The notes under the pieces: model-generated
Told to the model about the DNA's origin: nothing
What the model saw: the letters and a program-made list of their open reading frames with translations, nothing else
The model's database searches: none
Program-made: the position numbers and the translations under genes
Part shown: one piece after another, positions 61,348 through 64,000 of the stretch
Layout: every line of letters begins with the position of its first letter
Position numbering within the stretch: the stretch's first letter is position 1
NCBI GenBank assembly: GCA_964016885.1
Contig: OZ024751.1
Location: 23,064,001-23,128,000, forward strand
Source: Eledone cirrhosa
Taxonomy: Eukaryota
Direction of reading: 5' to 3'
DNA: 64,000 nt

Positions 61348-63991
61348 CCATCACCATCATCATCATCATTACTGTTTAACATTTTTCATGCTATCATAGG
61401 TTAGATATGTCATCTCAGACCAGTCAGTACTGAAGAAGAGCATCCAACCTCCGAGTGAGCAAGGGGCCCAACATATGATCCTTTGCTTTACTTAGTGCAG
61501 TTTATCATGGCACCAACTTTAGGGAAGTTGTCATGTCCTTGACATTGCCGAAGAGTTTTGCTGAGCATTTGTTTGACAGGTATTTTATTGCTGGATGCCC
61601 CTTCTTATCGCCAACCTCTTTACAGAATGTATTGGGTGATTGTTTATTATGCAGCTCATCAACACTAAGAAGGTTGTCATGACTATGGTACAGCTGTAAA
61701 TATTTAGAATATATATTTTCTATTATTGGATTGGCAGTATCGGTAGAGGGTCGGACGCCATGCTTTCACACATAGAGTTACGGCCCTTTATGATCTGAGT
61801 TCAAATCCCGCCGAGGTTAACTTTGCCTTTCATCCTTATGGGGTCGATAAAATAAAGTACCAGTAATGCACTGGGTAATTGCTGGCCTTATTCTTTTCTC
61901 TGAAAGTCCCAAACAAGGCATGAAGCCATTTAGTGCAAGAAACTATGAAGAAGAAGAAATTAAGATGAAAGAAATGAATTTACTTTAGACTTGAAAGAGT
62001 TCAGGTCATAAGGAGGAGGAAGACAATGAGATGGAAGAAAGTTTCAAAGTCTGGCAGTTTGAGGTGAAAAGCTACGACTGTAATAAATTAATGTATTGTA
62101 GGTATGGTCCCGTAACTCATGATAGAGTCGTAGGGGCACCATTTTGACAAATGGCGTTTCTTGGGCATTTTAAGCTTGGCAGAGGCCAGGCCTCAATACA
62201 GTAAATTTCTTCCAGAGAAAAATAGAAAGTAAGAGAGAGGAAATGAGGAAGGGATATAGAGGAAGAATCGACTCCAGTACAGGACTGGTACTTTTTTTTA
62301 TCGACCTTGAAAGGATGAAAGGCAAAGTTGACCTTGGCAGGATTTGAGCTCAGAAAGCTGGAACAAATACCATAAAGCATTCTATCCAACATTTTAATGA
62401 CTCTGCCAATTTGCTGCCTATACCAATTAATTAACCCTTTAGCATTTAAACTGTCCATATCCGGCTAGAATTCCTTCACCTCTTTCTGTTCCAATCGGCC
62501 ATAACTGCCTGTTCATACTTATATTTAGGTATTATTCTCAAAATAAATAATATTAAAATCTCATAGATTCAATATTTTGTGAGATGATTATGTGAGATAA
62601 AGCCTTTTCTGTGAAAATATAATAATAAACATAGAGTAATGTGAATGCTAAAGGGTTAATACATACCACAATTAGTTATTATATACTTGAATTAATTAAT
62701 ACATACCACAATTAGTTATTATATACTTGAATTAATACATACCACAATTAGTTATCATATACTTGAATTAATTAATACATACCACAATTAGTTATTATAT
62801 ACTTGAATTAATACATACCACAATTAGTTATCATATACTTGAATTAATTAATACATACCACAATTAGTTATTATATACTTGAATTAATACATACCACAAT
62901 TAGTTATCATATACTTGAATTAATTAATACATACCACAATTAGTTATTATATACTTGAATTAATACATACCACAATTAGTTATCATATACTTGAATTAAT
63001 TAATACATACCACAATTAGTTATTATATACTTGAATTAATACATACCACAATTAGTTATCATATACTTGAATTAATTAATACATACCACAATTAGTTATT
63101 ATATACTTGAATTAATACATACCACAATTAGTTATTATATACTTGAATTAATTAATACATACCACAATTAGTTATTATATACTTGAATTAATTAATACAT
63201 ACCATAAGGCTCATCTGCTGGATCAATTCTCAGGTGAATACTGTTATTGTTCTTCTTATCTTCATCAGTAACTTGTAAAGTACCAACAAGAGAACCGACA
63301 GGCATTTCTTCTTTAACAATAAATACATTATGACCTTCAAATTTTGGCGGGTGATCATTGTAGACCATATATGGAGCATTTACGATTACTTGGGCTTTTG
63401 TTTTTCGAGATGGAAAGCCCATGTCCATGGCAGCCACAGTAAAAGTGTAAGTTGAATGACGAGGTTTCGAGAAAAATCCTTTGAGTAGAGTCAAAACTCC
63501 TATAAATTTAAAATGTGAAAAAAAAAAAAAAAATAATATTTAATTGAGCTATCCAACCAACCACCCAATCAGCTAGTCAACCAACTAACCAGCCAACCAC
63601 CCAGACCCCCCCCCCCAAAAAAAAAAAAACTAAACAAAAATAAATACAAAGACAAAAAAAAAAAAACAATTAGTAAACAAAATAAAAAAATGAAAAAAAA
63701 AAATGAAAAAGAAAAAAAGAAAAAATTAGACTAACCTGTTTCAATATCAATTTTGAATTTTCCAAGAGTATCAGAATCAAAAATGTATAACAACTTGTTA
63801 TTAGGACTGGTGCTGTCTCTATCGATGGCGATTAACTGACCAATCTTGTAACCAGCTGTGACAACATGTGGTAGGGAATATTCATAGGATGATTGGACAA
63901 AACGAGGTTTGTGGTCATTGACGTCTTGCACATGGATATTGAGGTCAGCTGAGGTTGATAAACCTCTACCGTTTTGGTCAGTTGCTACAAT
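60550..63991 (-). CDS. Cadherin-repeat protein, 3' part (at least 3 exons; gene continues beyond the window)
   Basis: complement(join(63991-63736,63499-63203,61058-60550)); phase-1 GT-AG introns. Cadherin Ca-binding motifs DVNDHKPRF, AIDRD, YNDHPPKF, VTDED, IDRD and DINDNPPHF. Confidence 0.92.
61727..61888 (+). mobile_element. SINE family A
   Basis: Same head and core. Confidence 0.85.
61895..62255 (-). mobile_element. Degenerate CR1/L2-group LINE 3' fragment (related piece at 18790-18915)
   Basis: Decayed [16 protein letters not shown]-type C-terminal motif, clearest in the 18.8-kb piece. Confidence 0.45.
62657..63202 (-). repeat. Alternating 40/36-bp tandem repeat (14 units) starting at the cadherin exon-B donor
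   Basis: ACATACCACAATTAGTTA(T/C)ATATACTTGAATTAAT(TAAT) at 62661, 62701, 62737, ..., 63157. Confidence 0.97.
63203..63499 (-). CDS. Cadherin exon B
   Basis: tttatag| VLTLLKG...DPADEPY G|gtatgt. Confidence 0.9.
63736..63991 (-). CDS. Cadherin exon A
   Basis: IVATDQNGRGLSTSADLNIHVQDVNDHKPRF...KIDIET G|gttagt. The start is uncertain: tttcag at the window edge may be the acceptor. Confidence 0.88.
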
Positions 63992-64000
63992 CTGAAATAT

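Overview
AT-rich, microsatellite- and SINE-dense animal genomic DNA. The repeat landscape suggests an octopod cephalopod; this is inferred, not verified. I reconstructed three spliced genes by reading splice sites and checking phases by hand. (1) A complete ZC3H4/ZC3H6/Su(s)-family CCCH zinc-finger gene (Restrictor subunit) on the + strand: 14 coding exons at 13044-26210, about 1338 aa, with a probable CRE/YY1 promoter near 1.9 kb and an ~11-kb first intron. (2) A complete CCDC81-like gene on the + strand: 13 exons at 33797-56986, about 743 aa, with upstream RFX X-box-like motifs. (3) The last three exons of a cadherin-repeat gene on the - strand, which appears to end without a transmembrane segment. 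Introns carry tRNA-derived SINEs, piggyBac-type, hAT and Tc1/mariner non-autonomous elements, a Helitron 3' end, LINE fragments and many minisatellites. The most unusual signals are: minimal type-I hammerhead-ribozyme motifs of three unrelated sequence types, several inside Penelope-like inverted duplications; an isolated GC-rich, highly structured ~130-nt candidate ncRNA just upstream of the ZC3H4 promoter; an AG|GTGAGT recursive-splice-type site on the third zinc-finger exon next to a 76-bp hairpin; CTD-like YxSP repeats in the Restrictor protein; and tandem arrays that multiply 5' splice donors. Most ORFs in the supplied track are microsatellite artefacts.
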